A DNA stretch of 63,179 nucleotides, filler included, from Octopus bimaculoides (Eukaryota), in assembly GCF_001194135.2 (NCBI RefSeq). It is 5 parts of 5 records of this genome, joined end to end, with 100 filler letters (N's around TTAATTAATTAA, not from the genome) between each part and the next. Parts side by side here need not be neighbours in the genome. Positions count along the whole stretch, not along the records: positions 1 to 10,300 come from NC_068993.1; positions 10,401 to 34,373 come from NC_069006.1; 3 more parts are not named here. One strand, given 5' to 3'. Under the pieces are notes generated by a model. It did not search any database. It saw only the letters and a list, made by a program, of their open reading frames with translations, and was not told the origin of the DNA. Below, piece after piece: positions 1 to 11,649 of this stretch (position 1 is its first letter; each line of letters opens with the position of its first letter). Position numbers and translations under genes: made by a program.

Positions 1-71
<71 letters not shown>

Positions 72-170
72 TTTTGTTGTTGTTATTATTATAATAATAA
101 TTATTATTATCATTATTACTATTATTATTATTATTCTTATTCTTATTATTTCGTCGTTGTTGTTGTTATT
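1..170. repeat. (TAT/TTA)n microsatellite
   Basis: Direct reading; about 20 near-perfect TAT units followed by degenerate units. Confidence 0.95.
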
Positions 171-844
171 ATTTTTAGAAAATCATTACTTTGAATATTA
201 GAAATCATTATTTTTTTTTCTAATTATAAATATTCTAAATAGTGTAACTGTTATCATCATCATCATCATCATCATCATCATTCTCGTCGTCGTCGTCGTC
301 GTCGTCTTCGTCAACGTTACCATTATCATTACCATTGTCATAATGTTTTTCATCAATTTTATGCGTGTTTCTACAGCACCACCAGGTGCACATCCGTGTT
401 CCTGAGGTGCACATGGCATTACTTGTTTAGAAATGTACAATCGTATTTGCATACTACATCAACTGTGCTGTGTTGTGGAGGTTTATTTCTGATGTCTTTT
501 ACTCCTCCCGCCATCACTCCTTTTTTTAAAGTCTTTTTTTTTTGTCTTTGCTGTAGAATATGTGATACGTGACTCGTGCATATTATGTTGTTTGTGCTTC
601 GCCGATTCTCTGTGATTTCTGTTTTTTCTGTTTTAGGGTCGGAAGAGGAGTGGGTAGAGTATGTGCGCTGTGGCCTGTGTTATATTAACGGCTGGTAACA
701 CAGTACAATGCGAATTGTATGAGTGAATTGGCTTTATTGTGACGGGTATAAACTATGTAAGGAGGGTGTCTAGTGGATGAGTATATTGCTTTAAAATTTT
801 GGCTGAAGGTTAATAATTTTGGGGTGGATTCTAAGTCGAATTCA

Positions 845-998
845 GCGACACCAGTGTTCAACTGGTACTTGTTTATCGACCGTGAATGGATGAAAGGCAA
901 ATTCGACCGAGGCAGAACTTGATCTTAGAACGTAAAGACAGATGAAATACCGATGAGTACTTTGCCCGGAGTTCCAACGATTCTACGATCTTGCCGTC
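845..998 (-). mobile_element. tRNA-derived SINE, working family A (degenerate)
   Basis: Reverse complement resembles the 39503-39734 copy: ctggtactt..tttatcgac..ggatgaaaggcaaa..cgac..ggc.gaa.ttga.ctcagaacgtaaagacag. Confidence 0.75.
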
Positions 999-1017
999 TT
1001 ACTGTGTGTGATTATAT

Positions 1018-1190
1018 TGGTTTCAAATTTTGGCAACAATTTCGGGAAGGCTTTTAAGGTGATTATACCGACCTTTCTATTTAACTGGTACTTATTTTAT
1101 CGAACCCTGAAAGGATGAAAAGCCAAGTCGACCACCGTGGAATTTGAACTCAACATAAAGACGGACGAAAGGCCGCTAAGCATTCTGAAT
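1018..1190 (-). mobile_element. SINE family A with (ATT)n-type tail
   Basis: ggtttcaaattttgg tail, ctggtacttattttatcga..aaggatgaaa..gtcgac..ggaatttgaactc core and gctaagcatt head part. Confidence 0.75.
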
Positions 1191-1913
1191 GCTTTCCCTT
1201 ATCTGTTTTTATGTCGATGCGTCGGCGCCGTGATCTTGCCTGTGAATATTCCCAGACTAAGTTCGTAGCTATTTCTGTTGTTGTATTTTTGTGGTTGTCT
1301 ATGGCTAACTATAGAAACAAGTTTTCAAAATTTAGTTTAGATTTTGAACGAAAGTTATGGCTTCCACTCTCATATGCTTTCTCCCTGACGATAATTACCT
1401 GATGTTAGAATGACTTTCCCCTTTTTTTTTATCTTGGTATTTTACAGTCCCACTTTGATTTAGTCATTTGTTATTTTAACATTACTGTTACTTTATCCTT
1501 ATCTAAATCTTTTTCTACGGTGTGGTTACTTTACACTTTGTATGTTATTGTTTCCTTATATATAATAAACACACAAGTTTTGTTTTCTTCACGTTTCCTC
1601 AGATTTCCGTTTCCCTTGCTTCCAAGCAATTGTCTAGTGCCACAGATATTGCATTGTAGTAAATTTCTCTTTCTATGAAGCTCCACCCTTCCTGTTGTGG
1701 ACTGTTTAATTTATCTATATCAATATAAAGTAGTGCTTTCGAAATACGCCTAGCATTTCCTTGTTCTTTCTTCCCCCCTAAGCTATTTAACTCGCTCATC
1801 TTCCTCTTTTTTTAGTGTTGAAAGTGTAGTTCACAATGAAGATAACCATAGACTTTCTTAAACTATTATTTTATTTCCAACACTGCTTTTAGGCCTTAAT
1901 GTTAGTCATGCGA

Positions 1914-2125
1914 TAAGGCGGCGAACTGGCAGGATCGTTACCGCGCCGGGAAAATGTTCAGTGGCATTTCTTCCGACTTTATGTTCTGGGATCAAATGCC
2001 ACCTATGGCGATTTTTGCCGTTCATCCACTCGGGCCTGGCGAAAGAAGTATCTTTTGTACGCTCAAGTCGATGTACACGACTTACCCCCTTTCCCCAAAT
2101 TGCCGGCCTTGTGCCAAAAATGTTA
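1914..2125 (+). mobile_element. SINE family A (degenerate)
   Basis: aaggcggcgaactggcaggatcgtta head; gtcgatgtac..gactt..ccccaaattgccggccttgtgccaaaa tail. Confidence 0.75.
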
Positions 2126-2194
2126 AATTACTGTTGGTCAGACAATCAGACTGAGTTAAATGCTGTGAGGTGAAATAATAGTGGCAGTAGTGGA

Positions 2195-2445
2195 GGTGGA
2201 GTTGGTGCTGCTTGAATAGGAGTAGGAAGAAGAGGAGGAGTAAGTTGAAGTGAAGGAGTTGAGAAGTTGAGGAGGAAAAAAAGAAGATGGGGAGGAGGAA
2301 GATGAGGACGGAAGAAGGAGAGGAAAAGGGGAGGGAGGAAGACGAAGAGGAGAGGAAAAAGTGGATGTGAGGAACAGGAGGAGGAGGGCGAGGAGGAAGA
2401 CGACGACGACGACAAGGAGGAGGATGAGGACGAAGAAATATAAAG
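2195..2445. repeat. Polypurine (GAG/GAA/GAC) low-complexity tract
   Basis: Direct reading; source of the spurious ORFs at 2082-2620. Confidence 0.85.
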
Positions 2446-3129
2446 AAGATATTTTGAAAAGAGAAATCAGTATTGGATGCCAACATGAAATGAAAGCTGA
2501 TCCTTGGATGAGAGATGTTTTTGTCAGAAATTTGTGTATTTTTGGTGATTTCAGCCTTCCAAATTTTTTATTGCTGTCTCTTAAAGGTGAGATGGCAACC
2601 ACATAAAAGATCACTGTCAATTTGGACCGCAGAACAACCTATTATTTCCTCCTCCAAATATTTTATGGAATACATTTGCAAAACTAGCTTTAAAATGGGG
2701 AGGTTGAATATGAGGAAGCGAGGCTCTGCCACACCTTCTACGCCATGTATTAAATTAACGCAGTAATCTACTAAATGCCTTAATTGCGAGCCCTATTCTT
2801 GCCTAAGAAGAACTAAATACCGGTTTGCCAATTATAATTGCTAACACTGTTACTAGCATATAATCACAATCGTTCATAATAACAAATTTATAGCAGCCTT
2901 GGAGGTCACAATTACCCTGAGGCCTTCAATGCCGGCCACGAAAACACGGTGAACCATATTAACAACTACAAAGTCATTAAAGTCACAATATCGACAACAA
3001 CACTTGCGTAATGACAAGTACATTTCTCTCATTTGCCGACATAACAAGTAGACAGAGAAAACATTAGCTTCCAGGCAGATATAATGTCAAAGAAAGGTGT
3101 ACGGATGACGCCGTGATGCTAGTTTCATT

Positions 3130-3330
3130 GTGCACTTGATAAATGCACTGAATTTCAGCTTCACTAAAACGGTTTCTTGCACATAAACGAAGAGATAAAA
3201 TTCGAGACGAAAATATTCTACGCCAAACCAATTCCAAATGTGCTTCAAACATGTAGAACCTACAGTGGGAGTACGTGGAAAGAGGGAGACGAAATGTACG
3301 ATGGTACCACTCTGTTATAAATAGTAAGAA
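3130..3330 (+). mobile_element. Decayed RTE-like LINE ORF C-terminal remnant
   Basis: Frameshifted translation DKCTEFQL/SLKRFLAHKRRDKIRDENILRQT..LQWEYV resembles the post-RT RTE motif (F.MRCLRRILGI.RRDKIRNEEILRRT...W.GHV). Motif recalled, not aligned. Confidence 0.45.
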
Positions 3331-3364
3331 GCACACAGGCTTGACAACAGCGTACATCTCACAA

Positions 3365-3397
3365 CTCTCTGTCTGTCTGTCTGTCTCTCTCTGTCTG

Positions 3398-3487
<90 letters not shown>

Positions 3488-3505
3488 GTGTGTGTGTGTG
3501 TCTGT
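3365..3505. repeat. Compound (CT)n-(TA)n-(TG)n microsatellite
   Basis: Direct reading. Confidence 0.95.
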
Positions 3506-3507
3506 GT

Positions 3508-3632
3508 GGAGGGACGTGGCTTAGTGGTTGGAGTGTCAGCATCATGATCGTAAGATTGTGGTTTCGATTCCTGGAGCGGGCGACGCGTTGTGTTCTTGAG
3601 CAAAACACTTCATTTCACATTGCTCCAGTCCA
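3508..3632 (+). mobile_element. tRNA-derived SINE, working family D (5' part, cut by gap)
   Basis: ggagggacgtggcttagtggtt (A box) ..ggtttcgattcc (B box) ..cgcgttgtgttcttgagcaaaacacttcatttcac; same as the 24466 copy. Confidence 0.85.
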
Positions 3633-3931
3633 TATATANNNNNNNNNNNNNNNNNNNNNNNNNNNNNNNNNNNNNNNNNNNNNNNNNNNNNNNNNNNNNN
3701 NNNNNNNNNNNNNNNNNNNNNNNNNNNNNNNNNNNNNNNNNATAATATCAACTGGGTTATAGGCTACCATTAAACAACAACTGCTAGATCACATTTATAT
3801 AACATTCACATCATAATACGAATAATAAGAACTCAGCAAACAAGAGCTGAGAAACAATTGTGATTTGTAATTAAATACTGTTAATTCCATCTTGTTTTAC
3901 AAATTTATATATATACATATATAAAGAGAGA

Positions 3932-3963
<32 letters not shown>

Positions 3964-4203
3964 CAGACAGAGAGAGAGAGAGAAATGAGAGAGAGGGAGG
4001 CGAAATATTATTTAAAATAGTATTCAATGTCAAATAGTGAGAGTGGTTTTAGTTTTGACTACTGGTGCCTTCCATCCATTTACTCGAATTTTTAAGTTCG
4101 AGATCATTAGACCAGTTGCGATGTCTCTTCCAGTTCAATAAGTTCTGACTTCATACAATACCGAGTCCAAATTTGCTTTTCATCGCTTCAATGTTGGAGC
4201 ATA

Positions 4204-4250
<47 letters not shown>

Positions 4251-4802
4251 AGCACCTGTAAATTACAGAGCGACGATTTATTCAACAAAATTTTTTTTTT
4301 CCCTCAAATTATTGGCTTTGTGCCGAAGTTGTTCGCAATTTATCCTGGGAGTTGAATGTCTCTGAGGATCAGCTTCGCTTTTTATACAAGCGAAGTATTG
4401 GAGTCGATATCAATTATATCAATTATTTGGTCTTGTACTTCACTTTGAAAACATCATCACTATCATCAACGAAGTCGTCCAAGACATCATCATCATCTTC
4501 ATCCGCAAACACAAGAAACAACAGCAGCACCAACACTAGCGGCGGCAGCTACGAAGGCATTAGTAGTAGTAGTTGTAATTTTGAATATGGCATTTTTTGA
4601 AAATCTATGAATAAAATTCCCCTGAGATGAGGAATTTCTTGAATTGTATGCTGTTATTCTCTGACTTGCTGGTCACAAACTTGACAAAATGCATTTATTT
4701 CATCACATTTTTTTTTTAATCACAAGAATTAAGGAGGGTATGAATAATTTTGAGGACGACTGTAAATATATATATGTATATATATATATGTGCGTGTGTG
4801 TA

Positions 4803-4845
<43 letters not shown>

Positions 4846-5425
4846 CATAGGTATATATATCTGTATGTACGTATTTATGCATGTATGTACATTAGTCAAT
4901 ATTGAATATCATCGTAATATTTGGATAAAAGAGCAAGAAGGGAACTTTGGACATGTTTTCGTTATGATTTTGACCTAAACAGTGCAGTGAACATCTACTG
5001 CGTCGTATTTGTCGAAGTAACGACGAATAAAAGAACCAGTAAGTAAATATATAAACTTTAAATTGGTTGGTGTAGAAAACAGGATTGTTTAGTTTGGAAA
5101 AGAGATAATTCAAGACGCGTAACTTCTCATCTTTTTCTCTTCTCTCTCTTTTCTTATTTTTACTTTGCTTTGCTTTTTTCTCTCTTTCTCTCCTTTTTTT
5201 CGGTCTTCCATGTTTACATCGTTATCTTGAGCAACTAAAATAAACACCTTGAGTTTCTTGTTTCGTCGTCCAGTGGTTTTCAGATATTCTTCAATGTCAT
5301 ATTGGCTCGCTTCTTTATCTAGTCTAGCAAACAGCTGAAATTGGAGATGCATTTTCGTTTTTTTCTTTTATACCTATTTTGTTTTCTTTGGTAACTTCCA
5401 ACTTTCAGCTTGATTTTTATCTCGG

Positions 5426-5492
<67 letters not shown>

Positions 5493-5821
5493 GTTATTTT
5501 AAAATTCGTTCTTTCAATTACTCCTTATCTACGACTGTTTTATTTTTATTCTCCTCGCTGAAAATTAACTTCAACTGTGGTTTTCAGTTTTTATATATGT
5601 CTACATATAGGCATTAAAGCATGCATATGTGACACCCACTCGTGCACACACAGACACACACACATACGCACATACAGACACACATACGCACACACATACA
5701 CACACAAACACATACTCACATAAACACGCATATGAAATCATTCACTTTTGACAGTTGAGGTCAAAGTGGATAACGCCTTCAATAAGAGCGAGTAACAATT
5801 CGATATATATGCATACAAACG

Positions 5822-5855
<34 letters not shown>

Positions 5856-6481
5856 NNNNNNNNNNNNNNNNNNNNNNNNNNNNNNNNNNNNNNNNNNNNN
5901 NNNNNNNNNNNNNNNNNNNNNNNNNNNNNNNNNNNNNNNNNNNNNNNNNNNNNNNNNNNNNNNNNNNNNNNNNNNNNNNNNNNNNNNNNNNNNNNNNNNN
6001 NNNNNNNNNNNNNNNNNNNNNNNNNNNNNNNNNNNNNNNNNNNNNNNNNNNNNNNNNNNNNNNNNNNNNNNNNNNNNNNNNNNNNNNNNNNNNNNNNNNN
6101 NNNNNNNNNNNNNNNNNNNNNNNNNNNNNNNNNNNNNNNNNNNNNNNNNNNNNNNNNNNNNNNNNNNNNNNNNNNNNNNNNNNNNNNNNNNNNNNNNNNN
6201 NNNNNNNNNNNNNNNNNNNNNNNNNNNNNNNNNNNNNNNNNNNNNNNNNNNNNNNNNNNNNNNNNNNNNNNNNNNNNNNNNNNNNNNNNNNNNNNNNNNN
6301 NNNNNNNNNNNNNNNNNNNNNNNNNNNNNAAGATACCGACAAAGTGCGCTTTGTCTGTAAATTCTTTTGCAATATTTCCTATTGATTGTATTACTTCCGA
6401 GAATAGTCCTGCTTTGGGATCGAAACCACACTTTGTCGTCGGATACTAACCATTCACGTTTTCGTTCTGTATGATTAAAGA

Positions 6482-6720
6482 GTGGAGGCGCAATGGCCCA
6501 GTGGTTAGGACAGTGCACTCGCGGTCATAGGATCGCGGTTTCGATTCCCAGACCGGGCGTTGTGAGTGTTTATTGAGCGAAAAACACCTAATGCTCCACA
6601 AGGCTCCGGCGGGAGTTTGGTAGCGAACCCTGCCGTACTCTTCCACCACAACTTTCTCTCACTCTTACTTCCTGTTTCAACTGGAACCCTCGACGTCGAA
6701 AGCGACAGAGTGTGTTGCCA
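6482..6720 (+). mobile_element. tRNA-derived SINE, working family C (internally deleted)
   Basis: ggaggcgcaatggcccagtggttag..ggtttcgattcccagaccgggcgttgtgagtgtttattgagcgaaaacacc; matches the 9965-10300 and 48903-49285 copies. Confidence 0.9.
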
Positions 6721-6929
6721 ATGTTCATAAACTGAGTCTCAGTCATATAAGTTTGCAGTATTGAGAAATAGCTACGTACAATACAATATGTGATAGCTGT
6801 CATATTGTAATTTAGCAAACTTTTATATTTCCCTCAACTTCAGAACTAATCTTTGTCTTCAGTTATAAATATATTCGTTCACATCTATGATACATACAGT
6901 AATAACTAACTGACGAGAGCTTTTTAATT

Positions 6930-7045
6930 TTGTCGGCTCCGGAAGTACAGAAGGCGAAGCGACCTTCGACAAGATCGGAAATCTGAACAGAAAATAAAGA
7001 TTCTGCGCAAAAACCGACGCCATTTTGTCTGGCGTTTTCACGATT
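6930..7045 (-). promoter_or_regulatory. Candidate CpG-rich housekeeping-type promoter / first exon (ETS + YY1 motifs)
   Basis: About 11 CpGs in 110 bp; CCGGAAGT at 6939-6946; CGCCATTTTG at 7018-7027 (minus strand CAAAATGGCG, overlapping an ATG). Confidence 0.35.
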
Positions 7046-7404
7046 ATGCTAATCCACTAGTTCTCGAGTGTTTTGATGCATATCATCGTCGTATTTTCAT
7101 CACCCAATTCCTCTGAAATTAATGTTAGTGTAAACCCATATAAAACACACTTCATGAGGCTGTTGCATCTTACACGTTTCCCACTGTGTTTCAATATATT
7201 TATATGGCTTTTCTGATAGTAATTCTCTCATTTTTTTTTGACAGTCATGTGCCTTCATATTCTTTGCATTTCTGTTTTTAATTTGCCTCTTAGCGTCAAT
7301 ATAACGACGTCCAATAGGAATTGATTAGTACTTCAGATAGTGTAGAATAAAAGAAAACAACAAAAAAAAGAACAGAATTAAAAATAGGCTTCAACTATAG
7401 CAAC

Positions 7405-7700
7405 AAGCAACATCATCATTATTAGACATCATCATCATCAACTTCATCATCATCATCAACTTCGTCATCATCATCAACTTCATCATCATCATCATCATCA
7501 TAATTTAGAGATGTTGAAGATGATGATGATGAGGATGTTGATGATGACGACGATGATGACGACGATGACGATGACGATGACGATGATGATGACGACAACG
7601 ATTATGATGATGATGATGATGATAATGATGATGATGATGATGATATAATTTGGAGTAACAGAGAATAAAGATGAAGAAGATGATGGTGATGATGGTGATT
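7405..7700. repeat. (CAT)n then (GAT/GAC)n trinucleotide tracts
   Basis: Direct reading. Confidence 0.9.
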
Positions 7701-8439
7701 ACATCATTTATTTTTTTCACATTATTTTTTTTATTAGTGATAATCATTTTTAGTACAATTAAACCACTAGTATTGTAATTAATTAGTAAACAAACAACAG
7801 TATTGGTAGAACTATGGACAAAATGCAATGGCGTTTTTTATTGCTAAATGTCAACCTGTGTTGGTTTGTTTTCGTCCTCGAAATTTAGCGGCTCGGCAGA
7901 AGGGGCGATAGAATAAATACCAGAGTTTAGAAAATGCTTACTTGAGAGGATTAGATGTGCGTCATATATTCTTTAAACGTTACTAGGATAAGTACCATTC
8001 AAGAATTTGTCGAATGTACTGTCGCGCTAAATCTAAAGGATTTGTTTTGGAGCGAGAAATTACGCCGAAATTTGACCTTCATCGTTTCTGGACAGAAAGT
8101 ACAAGAACGTTATATAATTGCTGATCCTGTCGCTAGATGGTGGTATGGGTTCGATCCTTTATTCGCAATATCTCGAATGCAGCCGTGCATCGTTAACCAG
8201 GTAGAACATATGTTCTCTTGGGGTTAAATGTTCGCTGTAAAGTCCGATCGAACGGGCAGCCATGTTTAAGTGGCCACCCACGTTACTTGTTTGTACAACT
8301 ACGCGTTAATGTCTCAGAGAGATTTTACAACTAGCATTTTTAGTAATATAAAATGATTGTCTTGTATTAAAATGTTCGAATATAAATAATTTCCACCTTG
8401 TCTATCTCATACTCCACTTTTTCGTGTATCTGCTATTTT

Positions 8440-8481
<42 letters not shown>

Positions 8482-8594
8482 GTCAAGCGTCGTTGTCATC
8501 ATCGCTGTCGTCATCACTAGCTGCAGCAGCAGCAGCAGTAGTAGCAGTATTTTCCTCCTGCCCTCCTGTTCCTCGACGTCATCAAATTATTCAT

Positions 8595-8745
8595 TTTAGT
8601 TTCGTGCGTAATTGGTACTTAATTTATCGACCCCGAAAGGATGAAAGGCAAAGTCGACCTCGGCGGAATTTGAACTCAGAACGTAACGGCAGACGAAATA
8701 CCGCTAAGCATTTCGCTCGGCGTTCTAACGTTTCTGCCAGCTTGT
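8595..8745 (-). mobile_element. SINE family A
   Basis: ggtacttaatttatcgaccccgaaaggatgaaaggcaaagtcgacctcggcggaatttgaactcagaacg; near-identical to the reverse complement of the 39503 copy. Confidence 0.92.
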
Positions 8746-8879
8746 CGCTTTTATGTAAATTATGTGAATTATTGAAGTAAAAATAAACGAAAGATTTTGC
8801 GAAAGGAGAAAATAGAAAAGGAGAAATATGTGTTATTTGATATTCTTTGGACGGATATTTATTTATTGGTTTTTGTCTA

Positions 8880-9310
8880 TTTCGCTTTTACGTGTTTCAC
8901 TCATTGGATTGCGGCCAAGCTGTGGTACAGATTGAAAGGGTTTAGTTGACAGAGGGAACTAATGCATTTTGAGTACTTTATTTTTAAGTCTGGTAGTTAT
9001 TCTATCGGTCGTTTTACCGAACCGCTAAGTTTCGAAGACATACAAACCAAAAGAAGTTCACAAGCGGGAATGTGGTCAAACACAAGCACGAAGACAAACA
9101 CGAACATACAAACATACATAGAAATGCATGTATGCGTATGTGTGTATATGTGTGTGCGCATGCATGTGTATAAACATACACGCACACATTTATAATTAAA
9201 ACTATAGGCTGACAGGCTTCCACTCACCTTCCACCAACCAAATTCCGTCACAAAGTTACTGGGCAGTGGGACTGAACCCGACATAATGCCGTTTAACAGA
9301 GATTCTTAAC
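8880..9310 (-). mobile_element. SINE family B, old copy with internal TA/CA microsatellite
   Basis: 3' body (tattctatcggtc..accgaaccgctaag), microsatellite, then head remnants (accaaattcc.tcacaaag, gtgggactgaaccc). Confidence 0.6.
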
Positions 9311-9964
9311 CCTCACAACCATGTCTGCGTCTATTTATTTACTTATTTTTTTCGTAATTTTTATGAAATTCAGCTTGAATCTTCTGATTTGCTTGAAAGC
9401 AACAATTCTGAATGATGTAACATTCCCGGAATAAATGAAAAAAATTGTTATCTTTTTAAATCATTTAAAAAGAAATAAATATAGTTAATTCCTGTGATTA
9501 CATTTACTTTAGGCATTAATAAACCAAGCCAACGCCTATTTCTGCTGTTTGTTATCAATACTAACACTGTTATCTCGAGTATTGCTGCTTTATTACAAAT
9601 ATGTAAAACAACATTAAGAATTAGCGTAAGGAAATTAAGACAGATTTGTTTCTACTTTCTACGTCCATATTTATTCCAGTATCAAAAGAAGACAGTAATT
9701 AGAAGCTATAATTTCTTTTTGTTATTTTTAGATATACATACACAACTATATTGCTTAAATCGAAACTGTTGTAATGGAATCATCTACCACTAAACATCAA
9801 TCCGAAGCTCAAAAATGTCCTTCGTTCGCTGCTATCATAACTACTTTTGCGCGTTGGATTTAATTATTTATGCGCCTCTGCCTATGATCTTATCCGGATC
9901 CAGACACACGCCTCTTGTGATTTCTCTGATATTGTGTTCCCTCTAGGCACCATTGTTGTTGTTG

Positions 9965-10300
9965 TTGGCACTCCGTCGCTTACGACGTCGAGGGTTCCAG
10001 TTGATCCAATCATCGGAACAACCTGCTCGTGAAATTAACGTGCAAGTGGCTGAGCACTCCACAGACACGTGTACCCTTAATGTAGTTCTCGGGTATATTC
10101 AGCGTGACACAGTGTGTGACAAGGCTGACCCTTTGAATTACAGGCACAACAGAAACAGGAAGTAAGAGTGAGAGAAAGTTGTGGCGAAAGAGTACAGCAG
10201 GGTTCGCCACCATCCCCTGCCGAAGCCTCGTGGAGCTTTAAGTGTTTTCGCTCAATAAACACTCACAACGCCCGGTGTGGGAATCGAAACCGCGATCCTA
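9965..10300 (-). mobile_element. SINE family C, long form (5' end in gap)
   Basis: Reverse complement colinear with the 48903-49285 copy, including the tail ..aactggaaccctcgacgtcgtaagcgacggagtgcca. Confidence 0.92.
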
Positions 10301-10344
10301 NNNNNNNNNNNNNNNNNNNNNNNNNNNNNNNNNNNNNNNNNNNN

Positions 10345-10356
10345 TTAATTAATTAA
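10345..10356. other. Assembly linker TTAATTAATTAA
   Basis: Flanked by exactly 44 N on each side (100-bp construct); same at 34418, 40448 and 48510. Confidence 0.93.
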
Positions 10357-10789
10357 NNNNNNNNNNNNNNNNNNNNNNNNNNNNNNNNNNNNNNNNNNNN
10401 TATATATATATATATATATATATGAATGTATGTATGATTCTGTCTCTCTCTCTCCATCAATCCATCTACCCGTCTCACCTTACAATTTGTCCCTCCGTCT
10501 GTTTCTCTATGACGCTCTCTAACTCTCAGTCCCTATCTATCAAACTTACACTCAGTCTTTCATCAAGTCTCTTTTACATTATTATCATTTCTCTTCATCA
10601 TTCGCTTGGGTCTTTCTTTCGTACTAAGTCCCTCGCTGTTCTTGTTGCTCGTGTTGTCGAGGAGAAGAAATGGTTAGCAAGGTGTGACGGCATGGACAGT
10701 TCCATTTTTGCTTTTTGGTCTTATTCTCCATTTTTGCATGTTTATGATATATGTGGTTTTATGTGCAAGTATCTGTGTGTATCTGGACA

Positions 10790-10953
10790 CACAGATGCAC
10801 ACACACAAATATATATGGCTATATACATATATATACAAATATACATGCTTATACATATATATATACACCTATATATATGCCTGTATACATATACGAGCAT
10901 ATATATATATAGATACTTATATATACACACACATATATAACTCTAGAGATGCC

Positions 10954-10985
<32 letters not shown>

Positions 10986-11560
10986 TATATATACCTATAT
11001 ATATGCCTATATACATATATATACATACACACATATATATACCTATATATATGCCTATATACATATATATACATACACACACACACACACACACATATAT
11101 ATACCTATATATATGCCTATATACATATTCCTATATATACATATACCTATATATACTTATATATATATATACACACATGCACACACATATGTGCAGATAT
11201 ATATATACATGTATATATGCCTATATATATATATATAAATATTATATATATATACATATATATGCATATATATATAAATACATGTAAATATGCATATATA
11301 TATAAATACATATAAATATGCATATATATATATAAATACATATAAATATGCATATATATATAAATACATATAAATATGCATATATATATAAATACATATA
11401 AATATGCATATATATATAAATACATATAAATATGCACATATATATGCATATATATATATAAACATACATATAAATACATACATATATAAACATATATATA
11501 TAAACATACATATATAAACATATATATATATAAACATACATATATATATATATAAATAAA
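10790..11560. repeat. TA/CA-derived minisatellite with higher-order units
   Basis: About 45-bp unit (..atacctatatatatgcctatatacatatatatacatacacac) x about 3, then about 28-bp unit (aaatatgcatatatatataaatacatat) x about 5. Confidence 0.85.
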
Positions 11561-11649
11561 ACCACCAGTACATCAACACCATTCTGCTGTATTTTATTGC
11601 CTCTACATTAAAGCAGAAATTACTTTTTATTCCTCAACAGATTCTGTAA

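Noticed and set aside
637-658. Possible microexon ttttag|GGTCGGAAGAGGAGTGGGTAGA|GTATGT
   Set aside because: 22 nt, no recognisable peptide, no supporting neighbours; chance level.
1599-1799. 66-aa minus-strand ORF with protein-like composition
   Set aside because: No convincing acceptor site and no recognisable family motif.
6484-6560. tRNA-like sequences at SINE heads (also 3508, 24466, 30910-31112, 39980, 48903)
   Set aside because: A and B boxes are present, but there is no closed acceptor stem and each continues into SINE body sequence; not tRNA genes.
6909-6950. CTGACGA-GAGC...GCTC hammerhead-like pattern
   Set aside because: The stem is followed by CGGAAG rather than GAAA, and no stem III or cleavage triplet forms.
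10422-11582. Dense overlapping ORFs rich in YI/HT/CV dipeptides
   Set aside because: Translations of TA/CA microsatellites that lack stop codons.
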